A DNA stretch of 64,000 nt from Acidobacteriota bacterium (GTDB taxonomy: Bacteria; Acidobacteriota; Blastocatellia; Pyrinomonadales; Pyrinomonadaceae). The notes beneath the pieces were generated by a model, which was not told the origin of the DNA, searched no databases, and saw only the letters and a program-made list of their open reading frames with translations. Made by a program: the position numbers and the translations under genes. Location of the stretch: assembly GCA_020199995.1 (NCBI GenBank), contig JAIVJM010000016.1, positions 10,932 to 74,931 on the forward strand, read 5' to 3'. Positions 28,219 through 38,797 of this stretch are shown here, piece after piece (position 1 is the stretch's first letter; every line of letters starts with the position of its first letter).

Positions 28219-31200
28219 CTACTGCTTTTTGAATCTCGCCAGAACTTCTTCTACCTGTCCAAAGTTGAAGGGCTTGCCGATGACGGCGTCCGCGGCGTCG
28301 CCCGCGCCGTGCGAGCGGACGGCGTCCTTGCCATAGCCGGTAATGATGACGACGGGCAGGCCCGGGCGACGCCTTCGGACTTCGCGCGCCACTTCGAGGC
28401 CGTCCATCCCCGGCATCGAGAGGTCTGTGAAGACGAGATCGAAGCTCGCGCCTTCGAGGCGATGCCGTAGCTGACGAAGAGGCCGAGCCCCGTCCCGTGC
28501 ATCCCCTTCGTCGTGTAGAAGGGCTCGAAGATGCGCGCCCGCACCTCCTCGGTCATCCCCGCGCCAGTGTCCTTGAAAAGAATCTGCACGCGCCCGCCGC
28601 GCACGCGGCACTTGATCGAGAGGCGGCCCCCTTCGGGCATCGCGTCAATCGCGTTGACGATGAGGTTGACGAAGACTTCGCGCAGCTCCGAGGCGTTGCC
28701 GCGCGTGTGCAGGCCGCACGCCCCGTCGAGCCGCACGTCGTAGCTGAGGCCGCGCGCGCGGGCGTCGTTCTCCCAGCGTGTGCGCGTGATCTCGTTGGCG
28801 TCGCGCAAAAGCGCCCCGACTTCGAGCGGCGCGAACTCCTCGCCCGGCGACTGGTGCGCGAAAGAGCGGATGCGGCGGACGGTGGCGGCGGCGTCCTCGG
28901 CGGCGGTCTGGATGATGTCGAGGTTGCGCGCGATCTCCGCGTCGCGCGTCGCGCGCCGCAGGAGCTGCGCGCGCCCGAGGATGGCGGCGAGCGCGTTGTT
29001 GAAGTCGTGCGCCACGCCCGAGGCGAGCTGGCCCAGAGCGCGCAGCTTGTCGGCCTGTGCCGCCCGCTCGCGCTCCTGCTTCTGCTCCGTGATGTCGCGC
29101 GTGATGGTGAGCACGCCGGTGGTGCGCCCTTCGATGACGAGGGGCGTCGTGTCCATGAGGACGTGCCGCACGCTGGAGCCGCGCGTGATGATGCGCAGCT
29201 CCAGCGTCTGCGGCTCGCCCGCGAGCACGCGCCGGAAGCGTTCGGAGGCCATCTCGCGGTCGCCCTCTTCGATTAGTTCGAGGAAGACGCGGCCAATCAT
29301 CTCGCCCTTCTCATAGCCGTTCAACGCGCTCGCCGCCGAGTTGCTCCACATGATCCGGCCTTCCGGGTCGACGGCGCAGATGATCTCGCGCGCGCTCTCC
29401 AAAACGTTCTCCAAGAGCGACTGCCGCTCGCGCGCCACGGCCTCGACCTGCCGCAGCTCCGTGAGGTCGCGCACGGTGCAGACCGTGCCGATCTGTCCCG
29501 ATGTGTCGCGGATCGGCTCGGCGGTCACGAGGAGCGGAACGCCGAGCCGCTCGGGCGCGCGACCGACTCCATCTCCGCGCCCGCGCGGTTGACCCTCAGC
29601 AGCAGCCGGTCGTTGCCGAAGATGAAGATGCCGTCGGACATGGCGTCGAAGGTCACTTCCCAGGTGCGCTTCGCGCGCTCGACCATCTCGAAGAGCTCGG
29701 CCTGCGCGATGCCGGTGGCGAGCTGCGCGGCGACCTCCTCGACCAGAGCGACTTCGTCCTTCGCCCAGTGGCGCACGCGGTCGGTCTGGTGGATACAGAT
29801 CGCGCCGCGGAAGCGACCCTGCACGACGAGCGGGCAGAGAATTTTCGAGAGCGCGCCGTTGCTCGCCGAGAACTCGCGGAGCTTCGCGTTGAACTCGGGC
29901 GTGCCCGCGTCGTAGCTGGCCGCGTCGTGGGCGACAATCGTGCGCGGCGTGTTGATGAGGTACTGGCCGACCGGATTCTCGTAAGAGACGACGGAGCCGT
30001 ACATGCTCGGGCTCCCCGGCGCGAGGTACTCGTACTCGACGACCGCGCCCCCGACCGCCGGGTTGTAGGGGCGGATGTAGACGCGCGAGGCGCGCAGCGC
30101 CCGTCCCAGCTCGTGCGTCGCCGTGCGCGAGACCTCGGGCAGGTTGAGCGAGGCGCGGATGGCGTGGCTCAGGCGGTTGATGAGCGCCTCGCGCGTCGAG
30201 GTCGCCTCGGCGCGCTGGTAGAGCTCGGCCTGACGGATGGCGATGCCGGTCTGGTCGGCGACGGCGCGCGCGAGCGCCACGTCGGAGTCGCGCCAGCGGC
30301 GCGTCTCGCGCACGGTCGAGAGCGCGAAGGCGGCGCGCATCTCGTCGCCGACGCGGATGCCCGCGTACATGATCGAGCGCGTCCCGAGGTGGCGCAGGAT
30401 GTGGTCGTAGACGGGACGGATCGCCGGGTCTGTCGAGACGTCCTCGAAGGCGACGACGCCGTGCCGCCGGATGCTCTCGACGAGCCCCGCGACGAGCGGC
30501 ATCTTGTACTCCCGCCCGGCGGGATTGATGCCCGGCGCCGTGTACTCGGCGGCGTTCCGCACGACGCCCGCCTCGGCGTCCATGACGAAGAGCATGCACC
30601 TGTCCACGCCGAGGTGCGTGCCAATCTCGTTGACCGCCGTGCGGAAGACCTCGCCCGTGTCGAGCGACTGGCGGACGGCGCGCGTGATGCGGTTAATGAG
30701 CGCCTCGCGGCTCGCCTGTTCGGAGAGCTGTTCGGCGTCGCGCCGGCGCGCGATGAGCTGCGCCGTCTGTCGCGCGAAGGCGACTACGGGCAGCACGCTC
30801 TGGCGGTCGGGCGCGCATCCCGTGCACGGGTCGTCGAGCGAGATGAAGCCGACGAACTGTCCTTCGTTCGTCACGAGCGGGACGAACAGCTCGTCGCCTA
30901 CGTGCCATGGCGCGGCGCTCTCTTCGCGCGGCGCGGGCCGCTCGACATCGGCCTTGAAGCGGTCGGGGAAGACGCGGTCGAGGTGGTGGTAGCGGCCCGG
31001 CGGGTAGTAGGCCGCGAACCCCAGTACGCCGACCTCGATGCGCACGCCGCCCCGGATGAGGGCGGCGACCTCCTCGCGCGGGAAAGAGCTGGCGGACATC
31101 TCAACGACATACTCGCGCGGGACATTGGAGGAGTAAGAGATGATGTGCGGGTGATGCGGCGGTTCGTCAGTAAAAAGGACGACGATGCAGGAGCGGTAGT

Positions 31201-31369
31201 CGGTGACGCTCGTGATGGAATCAGCGAGCCCGGCGAAGAGGTCTTCAAGTCCGCGCCCGTCGCGCGGCGCGGCGGCGAGTGCCGTCAGCGCTTCGAGCTG
31301 ACGGACGGAGGCGCTCAGGCGCTCGCCGGTCTCGGCGCGCTCGGGCGTGTAGAATTCAGTCAGGGGCAT
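28219..31369 (-). pseudogene. GAF-GAF-GAF-PAS-PAS-HisKA-HATPase-REC hybrid sensor kinase, disrupted at two points
   Basis: The coding sense moves through three frames: track ORFs 29525..31687, 28251..30599 and 28219..28611. Frame change 1 is at about 29540-29580, inside the first PAS domain. Frame change 2 is at about 28450-28465, where ...GTGLGLFVSYGIA joins directly onto ...LEGASFDLVFTDLSMPGMDGLEV. The start is taken as ATG 31369 (MPLTEFY), with 31552 as an alternative. Confidence 0.75.
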
Positions 31370-31596
31370 GGCTGTCTCGTTCGGTGGAGGAAATTCAAGT
31401 TGTACAGAGCTTTCGTCGGCGTGCTCGGTGGTCGCTTCGGACGGCGCGCGAAAAGGTCTCCGAGAGGAGGGGCGAAAAGGTTCCTCTGCGAAAGTACGGC
31501 GCTGTCGGTTTACTTCCTTTACGTCGGCCCGGAGGATGAGGAAGCGGGCCATCAGGCAGGTCAAAGTATAACAAAACCGTGCCGGCGGTGTCATGC

Positions 31597-31722
31597 AAAA
31601 AGACAGTGAGCTGTGAGCAGTAAGCTGTGAGCAGTAAAGACAATTCGAGATTTGAGATTTCAAATTTGAAACCTCAAATCTTGACATCCTAACTGCTCAC
31701 TGCTTACTGCTTACTGTCTTTT
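31597..31722. repeat. Heptad-periodic hairpin (CAGTRAG family) with a nested inner hairpin
   Basis: The outer arms are agacagtgagctgtgagcagtaagctgtgagcagtaaagac and ctaactgctcactgcttactgcttactgtctttt. The inner hairpin is gagatttgagatttcaaatttgaaacctcaaatct (31647-31681). Confidence 0.85.
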
Positions 31723-32904
31723 CTTCGGCTTGGCCGTCGTCGTCGTGGTCTGCGCGAAATAGCCCTGACGGTAGGTGAGCCGCAGGTTCTGCTTGCGTAG
31801 CTCGGGGTTGACGACCTCAATCTTGAGCTGGCGGAAACTGCCGTCCTTCGCCTTGTTCGAGGATGAGTAGGCGACGAGGTACTGCGAGCGCAGCTCGTCC
31901 TGAATCTGCGCGAAGGCCGAGCGCAGGTCTGATTCGTCGCGCGGGAAGTAGGCGCGACCGCCCGTGCGCTCCGCGATCTTGCGCACGGAGCCTTCGTCCA
32001 CGCCGTCGAAGCTGAAGCTGTCGCCGATGCCGATGGCGTAGATGATGGTGTCGGTCTTCAAGGCCGAGTCAACGGCTTCGGCCAGCTTGAGGCGGCTGCT
32101 CGTGTCCACGCCGTCCGTGAGCAGGATGATGGCGCGGCGCGTCTTGTCGGAGGTCTCGGAGAGAACTTCTCTGGTCGTCACCCAGACCGAATCCCAGATG
32201 GCCGTGGAGCCGGCGCGCGACTGGTTGTCGCCTGAGATGGGCGGCGTGCCGGGGACGACTATCCCGCCGCCGATGTAGCCCGAGGGCGGCGTGAACTCGA
32301 CGCCCTCGATGGCGCGGCGCACGCGCTGGATGCTCCCCGTGAGGCCCAGTTCGAGCGTCGTCTCGCCCGTGAACGAGAGGACGGCGACCTCGTCCTTGCT
32401 CGGGCGGATGACAGTGTCGATGAAGCCGCGCGCGGCGCTCTTCTCTTCGGGCAGCGTCCGCTCCTGCGAGGCGCTGGTGTCGATCAGGATGGCGAGCGAG
32501 AGCGCGCGGTCGGTTTCGCGCTGGAAGGCGAAGACCTCCTGCTGAGTGCCGTCCTCGAAGATGCGAACGTCTTCGCGCTTGAGCGAAGTGATGAAGCGCT
32601 TGTTCTTATCCACCGCCGTGAAGAGGACGTTCGTGAGGTCGGTTTCGACCCTCAAGACGTCGTCGTCAATCGCTTCCGCATCGTCCTGCTTCGATGGCGT
32701 CGCCTTCGGCGCGGGCGTCTGTTGCGGCTGCGCCGACGCGGGCGCGGGAGTCTGCTGCGGCTGCGCCGTTTCGTCTGCGCGGCGCGGGCTGTTGATCTGC
32801 TCCTGCGCGCGCGTCGGCGCGAGCCCGCCGCCCCACGCCCCGGCGAGAACCGAGACGGTGAGCAACAGCGCCAGAGCGCGCCCGACTGTGTAGCGATAAG
32901 ACAT
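31711..32904 (-). CDS. Secreted VWA-domain protein (acidobacterial VWFA-related type)
   Basis: Signal peptide. A Gln/Pro-rich duplicated linker (QPQQTPAP x2). MIDAS motif ILIDTSASQ. The C-terminal motif YFAQ..LTYRQGY is also present in the next paralog. ATG 32904 with a GAGG SD is preferred over TTG 32913. Confidence 0.8.
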   Translation of the reverse strand: MSYRYTVGRALALLLTVSVLAGAWGGGLAPTRAQEQINSPRRADETAQPQQTPAPASAQPQQTPAPKATPSKQDDAEAIDDDVLRVETDLTNVLFTAVDKNKRFITSLKREDVRIFEDGTQQEVFAFQRETDRALSLAILIDTSASQERTLPEEKSAARGFIDTVIRPSKDEVAVLSFTGETTLELGLTGSIQRVRRAIEGVEFTPPSGYIGGGIVVPGTPPISGDNQSRAGSTAIWDSVWVTTREVLSETSDKTRRAIILLTDGVDTSSRLKLAEAVDSALKTDTIIYAIGIGDSFSFDGVDEGSVRKIAERTGGRAYFPRDESDLRSAFAQIQDELRSQYLVAYSSSNKAKDGSFRQLKIEVVNPELRKQNLRLTYRQGYFAQTTTTTAKPKKRQ

Positions 32905-32920
32905 CAAGTTCAAACCTCTA

Positions 32921-33004
32921 AAAATCGTGAATCGTCAATCGTGAATCGTCAATCGTGAAGATAGAAAAACCCGTTCTTTCTGATGACGATTTACGATTTA
33001 CGGC
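32921..33004. repeat. Heptad-periodic hairpin (RAATCGT family)
   Basis: The left arm aaaatcgtgaatcgtcaatcgtgaatcgtcaatcgtgaag pairs with the right arm cgatttacgatttacgg. Confidence 0.8.
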
Positions 33005-33996
33005 TTTGGTATCTCCCTGTCCGGCGTGTAGGCGCGCTTGGCGTTGACCTTGAGGCCGTCGGCGCTCGCGAGCTTGACTTCGATGCGGCGCTCCCTGCCA
33101 TCGAAGGGGCCTTCCGGCCTGTAGGTGATGAGGTACTGCGAGCGCAGCTCCTCGCCGATCTTCTGGAAGGCGCGTTCGAGCGCGAGCATGTCGCCGGTGT
33201 AGAAGGAGCGCCCGCCGGTCTCTTCGGAGAGCTTCTGAATATCCTTGTCGCCGCCGTCCTTGACGGTGCCGGCCTCGACGCCGGGCACGGCGCTCGTCGC
33301 AAAGCCGCCCTTCGTCGAGATGGCGAAGATGATGGTATCTGTCTTCTGCGCCATCTGGATGGCGTCCGAGAGCCGCGCGCGGCTGTAGGTGTCATCGCCG
33401 TCCGTGATGACGACCAGCGCGCGGCGCGGGCTGTTGGCGTTGCGCATCTTCTCGTCGCAGAACTGCCAGACGGCATCGTAGAGCGCGGTCCGGTTGCCCG
33501 GTTTCTTGACCCCGTTGACGGCGCGGTCAAGGAGGTCGAGGTTCGTCGTGAAGTCCTGACGGAGGATGATCTCGTCGTCAAAGGTGAGGAAGGCGACGCG
33601 GTCTTTGCGCGAGCGCGTCACGGTATAGATGAAGTTGAGCGCCGCCTCCTTCTCGAACTTGAGCTTGCCGGCGGTCGAGCCCGACGTGTCCATCAGCACG
33701 CCAATGTAGATCGGGAGCTTCTGGAGTTCTTTAATCTCGCCGAGAAAGTCGAACTGCACGGGCTTCTTGTCCTCGAAGACGGAGAAGTCGTTTTTGGTGA
33801 GCCCCGTCACCGGCTTGCCCTTCTTGTCGAGCACCGTGACGGGCACGCGGACGACGCGCGAGGTGGTGCTCTCGCGCTCCTCCTGCGCGGGCGCGGGGGG
33901 CGAGCGCGGCGCGGGCGTCTGCGCCGTGGCGGCGGCCAGCAGCACGCCGGCCAGAAACACGAACGAACTCATAACTTTGACGGTCTTCATCATCAT
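32998..33996 (-). CDS. Secreted VWA-domain protein (paralog of 31711..32904)
   Basis: Signal peptide MMMKTVKVMSSFVFLAGVLLAAATAQ. MIDAS motif VLMDTSGST. It has the same domain order as its neighbour. The start is one of ATG 33996, 33990 or 34032. Confidence 0.8.
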   Translation of the reverse strand: MMMKTVKVMSSFVFLAGVLLAAATAQTPAPRSPPAPAQEERESTTSRVVRVPVTVLDKKGKPVTGLTKNDFSVFEDKKPVQFDFLGEIKELQKLPIYIGVLMDTSGSTAGKLKFEKEAALNFIYTVTRSRKDRVAFLTFDDEIILRQDFTTNLDLLDRAVNGVKKPGNRTALYDAVWQFCDEKMRNANSPRRALVVITDGDDTYSRARLSDAIQMAQKTDTIIFAISTKGGFATSAVPGVEAGTVKDGGDKDIQKLSEETGGRSFYTGDMLALERAFQKIGEELRSQYLITYRPEGPFDGRERRIEVKLASADGLKVNAKRAYTPDREIPKP

Positions 33997-34339
33997 TTTG
34001 CGGGGAACGCGGGTGTAATTTTTCGGATTCATCCGACCGCTCTTCGGGCATGTCTTTCGATGCGCGCGGCGTGAAGAGTCGTTGCTTGCAAGCTCGCGCG
34101 ACAGTATAGCAACCAACCGCGACGCGCGGCCACCCGACTCGGCCCCGGCGGCGGCCACCGCGCGGCTCCTCGCGCCCGGCGCCTCCCGCCGCCGCCGCGT
34201 ATCACGTTCGTCGTCTTTTTTCCGCGGTGATATAATGCCGCGCCGTCCGAAGACGTAACCACACCCTTAAAGCGGTCGGGGCCGCCGACCGCGCCGGGCC
34301 GCTCCTTCTTGAAGGTCACCAGAGACGTTTCTCCGGGCG

Positions 34340-36762
34340 GTGGCCGTCCCCGTCCGACACTTGATCGAGGCTGGAAATCAGTTGACCCCCGATACAATCT
34401 CGCATTACCGCATCCTCAGAAAGCTCGACCGGGGCGGCATGGGCGAGGTCTTTCTCGCCGAAGACACGAATCTCGGGCGACCACTCGCGCTCAAACTCCT
34501 CCTCGCCGAGTACACGCGCGACCCGCGCCGCCTGCGACGCTTCGAGCAGGAGGCGCGCGCCGCCTCGGCCCTGAACCATCCGAACATCCTGACCATCTAC
34601 GAGATCGGGCGCGACGGCGAGCGCCACTACATCGCCGCCGAGTATGTGGACGGCGAGACGCTGCGCCGCCGCGCAAAGCGCGAAGCCTTCAACATCCCCG
34701 AAGCGTTAGACGTGGCTGCGCAGGTCGCCTCGGCGCTCGCCGCCGCGCACGCAAAAGGCATCATCCACCGCGACATCAAGCCCGAGAACGTCATGCTGAG
34801 GCCCGACGGCTACGTCAAAGTCCTCGACTTCGGCCTCGCCAAGCTCGTCGAGAAGTCGCGCGGCGGGCGCGCGTCCGCCGATCAGGAGGCCGAGACGATT
34901 GAGATGGCCGCCGCGCACACCAACCCCGGCGCGGTGATGGGCACGCCATGGTACATGTCTCCGGAGCAGGCGCAAGGGTTCCCGCTCGACGCGCGCACAG
35001 ACATCTGGAGTCTGGGCTGCGTGCTCTACGAGATGCTCGCGGGCCGCCCGCCATTCGACGGCGCGACGCCCAGCCACGTCATCGTCTCGATCCTCGAAGA
35101 TGAACCGCAACCCGTCTCGGCGCGCGCGCCCGGGGCTCCGCTCGAACTCGAACGCATCGTCGCGCGGGCGCTCAGGAAAGACCGGGACGAGCGTTACCAG
35201 ACCGCCGACGAGATGTCGGAAGACCTGCGCCGGCTGAGGCAGCGTCTCGAAGCCGGGGGGGCCGGGCGTCTGCACGAGACCCGCGGCGGGGGAGAGACGC
35301 GCGACACCGAGCCCGCGCGCGAGGAGCGCTTGACCGCCGACGACACACCGGGGGCGAACGCGACGGCGAACGCGTCGCGGCCCGCGCGGACACGCGCGCG
35401 CGCCGACGCCTTTGGTGAGGGCACGGCGGGGGTCTCGTCCCGGCGAGGCTCTGTGAAGGCGCTCGTCGCGGCGGCCTTGGCCTGCGTCATCGCCCTCGGC
35501 GCTTACGTCCTGTACGTCACTCGGTCTTCCGCTACAAGGGGCGCGGCGTCGAGCCGGCGGCGGTGGGGCGCGAGCTGGGCGTCGGCGCGGTGCTCGCCGG
35601 AGAGGTCACGCAGCGCGGCGAAGACTTGACGGTGAGCGTCGAGCTGATTGATGCGCGCGACAACACGCACCTCTGGGGCGAGAGGTACAGCCGCAAGCTC
35701 TCGGACGTGCTCACGATGCAGGAGGAGATCGCGCGAGAGATTGCGGCGCGCCTGCGCTCGCGCCTGCAAGGCGGCGCAAGCGACCCGAAGCGCTACACGC
35801 GCGACAACGAGGCGTATCAGGATTACCTGCGCGGGCGCTACTTCTGGAACAAGCGCAATGCGGAGGGCTTCCGCAAGGCCGTCACCTTCTTCAACCGCGC
35901 CATCGACCGCGACCCGAACTACGCGCTCGCCTACGCGGGGCTCGCCGACACTTACGCCCTCATGAGCGATTACAGCATCGTGCCTCCGCGCGAGGCGATG
36001 CCGAAGGCGAGGGCCGCGGCGCTGCGCGCCATCGAGCTTGACGAAGGGCTGGCCGAGGCGCACACGTCTCTGGCCTTCGTCCGCATGGCCTTCGACTGGA
36101 AGTGGGAAGAGGCCGAACGAGACTTCCGCCGCTCAATCGAACTGAACCCGAACTACGCGACCGCGCACCAGTGGTACGCCTCCTACCTCGTGCAGGTCGG
36201 GCGCTCCGGCGAGGCGTTGGCCGAAATCCGCCACGCGCAGGAACTCGACCCGCTCTCCTCCATCATCAGCGCCAACGCGGGCCTCTACCTCTACTACGCG
36301 CGCCAGTACGACGCGGCAATCGAGCAGCTCAAAAAGACGCTCGAAGTGGACGACCAGTTCGGCGTCGCGCACCTCTACCTCGGCTACGCATATCTCCAGC
36401 AGCCGGGCCGCACCCACGATGCGATCACAGAGTTCCAGCGCGCCGTCGAGCACATGGGCGAAGACCCCGAGACGCTCTCGGCGCTCGGCTACGCCTACGC
36501 CGTCGCGGGCCGCCGCGCCGAGGCCGAAGCGGTGCTCACGCAACTGCGCGAGCGTCGCGCGCGCGGCTATGTCTCGCCCTACTTCGTCGCCGTCGTCTAC
36601 GCCGGACTGGGCGACAGCGAGCGCGCCTTCGCGGCGCTCGACGAGTCATTCAAAGACCGACATCCCGGCATGATTCTCCTCAAGTCCGACCCGCGCTTCG
36701 ACCGCCTCCGCAAAGACGCGCGCTTCTCGAACCTTATCCGGCGCATCGAACAGCCCTCTTGA
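34340..36762 (+). pseudogene. Ser/Thr kinase - TM - (truncated TolB-like) - TPR protein, frame-disrupted at about 35515-35530
   Basis: The kinase frame (34340..35629) has HRDIKPEN, DFGLAK and SPE. It ends in out-of-frame residues after the TM helix ALVAAALACVIALGAYVLYV. A second frame, open from before 35521, reads SVFRYKGRGVEPAAVGRELGVGAVLAGEV... and continues with TPR repeats to 36762. Confidence 0.7.
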
Positions 36763-36834
36763 ACGCGGAAGGGGCTTTATAATTTTCCAAAGTGATAGTC
36801 GAAGTGGGCGGGTTACGAACAATTGCTTCTGCCG

Positions 36835-37872
36835 TCAGATTTCTAAAGAGTCGAGAAATTCCTGTAGCTCGACGGGGAGCGGCGCGTTGAAGCTCAGGGT
36901 CTCGCCGCTCAGCGGGTGCTTGAAGGAGAGGCGCTCGGCGTGGAGGAAGTGTCTGCCGAGGGCGGCGATGCGGTCGCGCAGGGTGTTATCGGGGAGGTTG
37001 CGGTCGCGCCCGCCGCCGTAGGTCGCGTCGCCGACGACGGGGTGCTTGATATGCGCGAGGTGGACGCGTATCTGGTGCGTGCGGCCCGTCTTGATCTCCA
37101 CGTCGAGGAGTGTGAACCGCTCGAACCGCCGGCGCACGCGCCAGAGCGAGAGCGCCTCGCGACCGCCTTCGCGGCGGACAGCCATGCGCGTGCGGTGGCG
37201 GGGGTCGCGACCGATTGCCTGCTCGATGCGGCCCGAATCCCGCTCGGCGCTCCCGTGCGCGAGCGCGACGTAGGACTTGAAGATCGTGCGCGCGCGAAAC
37301 TGTTCGGAGAGGAATTCGTGCGCCTGCGCGTTTTTGGCGACGACGATGAGGCCAGAGGTGTCGCGGTCGAGACGGTGGACGATGCCGGGCCGGAACGCGC
37401 CCGCGTGGCGCGAGAGGTGCTGGAAGTGGAAGGCGAGCGCGTTGGCGAGCGTCCCGGCGCGCACCCCCGCCGCCGGGTGCGTGACCATCCCGGCGGGCTT
37501 GTTGACGACGACGAGCTCTTCGTCCTCGTGGATGATGTCGAGCGGAATATTTTCCGGCGTGAGGTCTACGGGCGGGGGGGCCGGGATTTCGACCTCGATC
37601 TGTTCGCCCGCGCGGAGCTTGTAAGAAGGCTTCGCCGCGACGCCGCCGACGAGCACGTCGCCGTCCTCGACGTAACGCTTGATCGTCGTCCGGCTCGTGC
37701 CCTCGATGCGCGCGGCGAGGAAGGCGTCCAACCTCTCGCCCGTCTCCTCCCCGGAAACCAGAAACGTCAGTGGCTCGGCTCCGGGCTCGGCCACGGGCTC
37801 ATCCCCAAGCTCGTCCGACGCCCCGCCGTCCGGGGCTTCTATCCCCAAGTCGTCTTTGTCGCTCATGCTCAT
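36835..37872 (-). CDS. rluD: RluA-family 23S rRNA pseudouridine synthase (RluD-like)
   Basis: S4-like N-terminal domain and the catalytic HRLDRDTSGL motif. It makes an ATGA overlap with the lgt stop. Confidence 0.85.
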   Translation of the reverse strand: MSMSDKDDLGIEAPDGGASDELGDEPVAEPGAEPLTFLVSGEETGERLDAFLAARIEGTSRTTIKRYVEDGDVLVGGVAAKPSYKLRAGEQIEVEIPAPPPVDLTPENIPLDIIHEDEELVVVNKPAGMVTHPAAGVRAGTLANALAFHFQHLSRHAGAFRPGIVHRLDRDTSGLIVVAKNAQAHEFLSEQFRARTIFKSYVALAHGSAERDSGRIEQAIGRDPRHRTRMAVRREGGREALSLWRVRRRFERFTLLDVEIKTGRTHQIRVHLAHIKHPVVGDATYGGGRDRNLPDNTLRDRIAALGRHFLHAERLSFKHPLSGETLSFNAPLPVELQEFLDSLEI

Positions 37873-38708
37873 GCCGTTTCTGAAGCGTGCGCTTCCGTGT
37901 CTCCGACGCGTCCCGTCGGCTCAATGGAAGCGCGACGCCGGCGCAGCACGAGGAGGACGAGCCCGCCGAGCCCGACGAGGAGGCTGATGAGCTGCGAGGT
38001 CGAGAGCCCGGTCAAACTCGTCAGCCCAAGGATGTCGCCGCGCGGGTCGTCGCGGAAGAATTCGATGGTGAAGCGCGCCGCGCCGTAGAGCACGGCGTAG
38101 GAGAGAAGCACCTGCCCGTCGAAGCGCTTCCGGCGGTGCAGCCAAACGAGGAAGAGAAAGATGAGGAGCGCCGCGCCCGACTCGTAAAGCTGCGTCGGGT
38201 GGAGGTGCACGCCCGTGGGCACGCCCGTCACCTCATGCCCGCGCTCGGTGAACTCGACGCCCCACGGCAACGCGCACTCCTTGCCCCAGCAGCACCCGGC
38301 GGCGAAGCACCCCACACGACCGATTGACTGCCCCAGCGCCAACGCCGGCGCGAATGCGTCCGTCGTCTTCCAGAAAGGCATCCCGTAACGGCGCATCAGG
38401 AAGACCGCCGCCGCCAATCCACCGAGGAAGCCGCCGTAGAAGACGCCGCCCGAGCGCAGGAAGTCGAGCGAGAGCAGGCGCAGAGGCTCGTGCCTGTATT
38501 CCGGCTCGACCACCAGCAGCAAAAGCTTCGAGCCCACGAGCGCCGCCACCAGCATCCACAGCCCGAGGTCGAAGACGCGCTCGCGCTTGAGCCCGTCGCG
38601 CTCGCCGAGTCGCGCCGCCGCGAACAGCGCCGCGAGGAAGGCCAGCGCCAGCAGCACGCCGTAGGTGTTGACGGGGAAAGAGCCGATGCGGAAAATTTCT
38701 GGGAGCAT
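37869..38708 (-). CDS. lgt: Prolipoprotein diacylglyceryl transferase
   Basis: 279 aa, polytopic. GRVGCFAAGCCWG motif and an Lgt-type N-terminus (FPVNTYGVLLALAFL). Confidence 0.9.
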   Translation of the reverse strand: MLPEIFRIGSFPVNTYGVLLALAFLAALFAAARLGERDGLKRERVFDLGLWMLVAALVGSKLLLLVVEPEYRHEPLRLLSLDFLRSGGVFYGGFLGGLAAAVFLMRRYGMPFWKTTDAFAPALALGQSIGRVGCFAAGCCWGKECALPWGVEFTERGHEVTGVPTGVHLHPTQLYESGAALLIFLFLVWLHRRKRFDGQVLLSYAVLYGAARFTIEFFRDDPRGDILGLTSLTGLSTSQLISLLVGLGGLVLLVLRRRRASIEPTGRVGDTEAHASETA

Positions 38709-38712
38709 ATCT

Positions 38713-38797
38713 CAAGCCGTGAATCGTCAATCGTAAATCGTGAATCGGTAACAGAAGTTCTTTCTGTTTACGATTCACGATTTACGATTCACGGATT
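38713..38797. repeat. Heptad-periodic hairpin (RAATCGT family)
   Basis: caagccgtgaatcgtcaatcgtaaatcgtgaatcggtaacagaa pairs with ttctgtttacgattcacgatttacgattcacggatt. The right arm contains the lspA stop codon. Confidence 0.85.
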
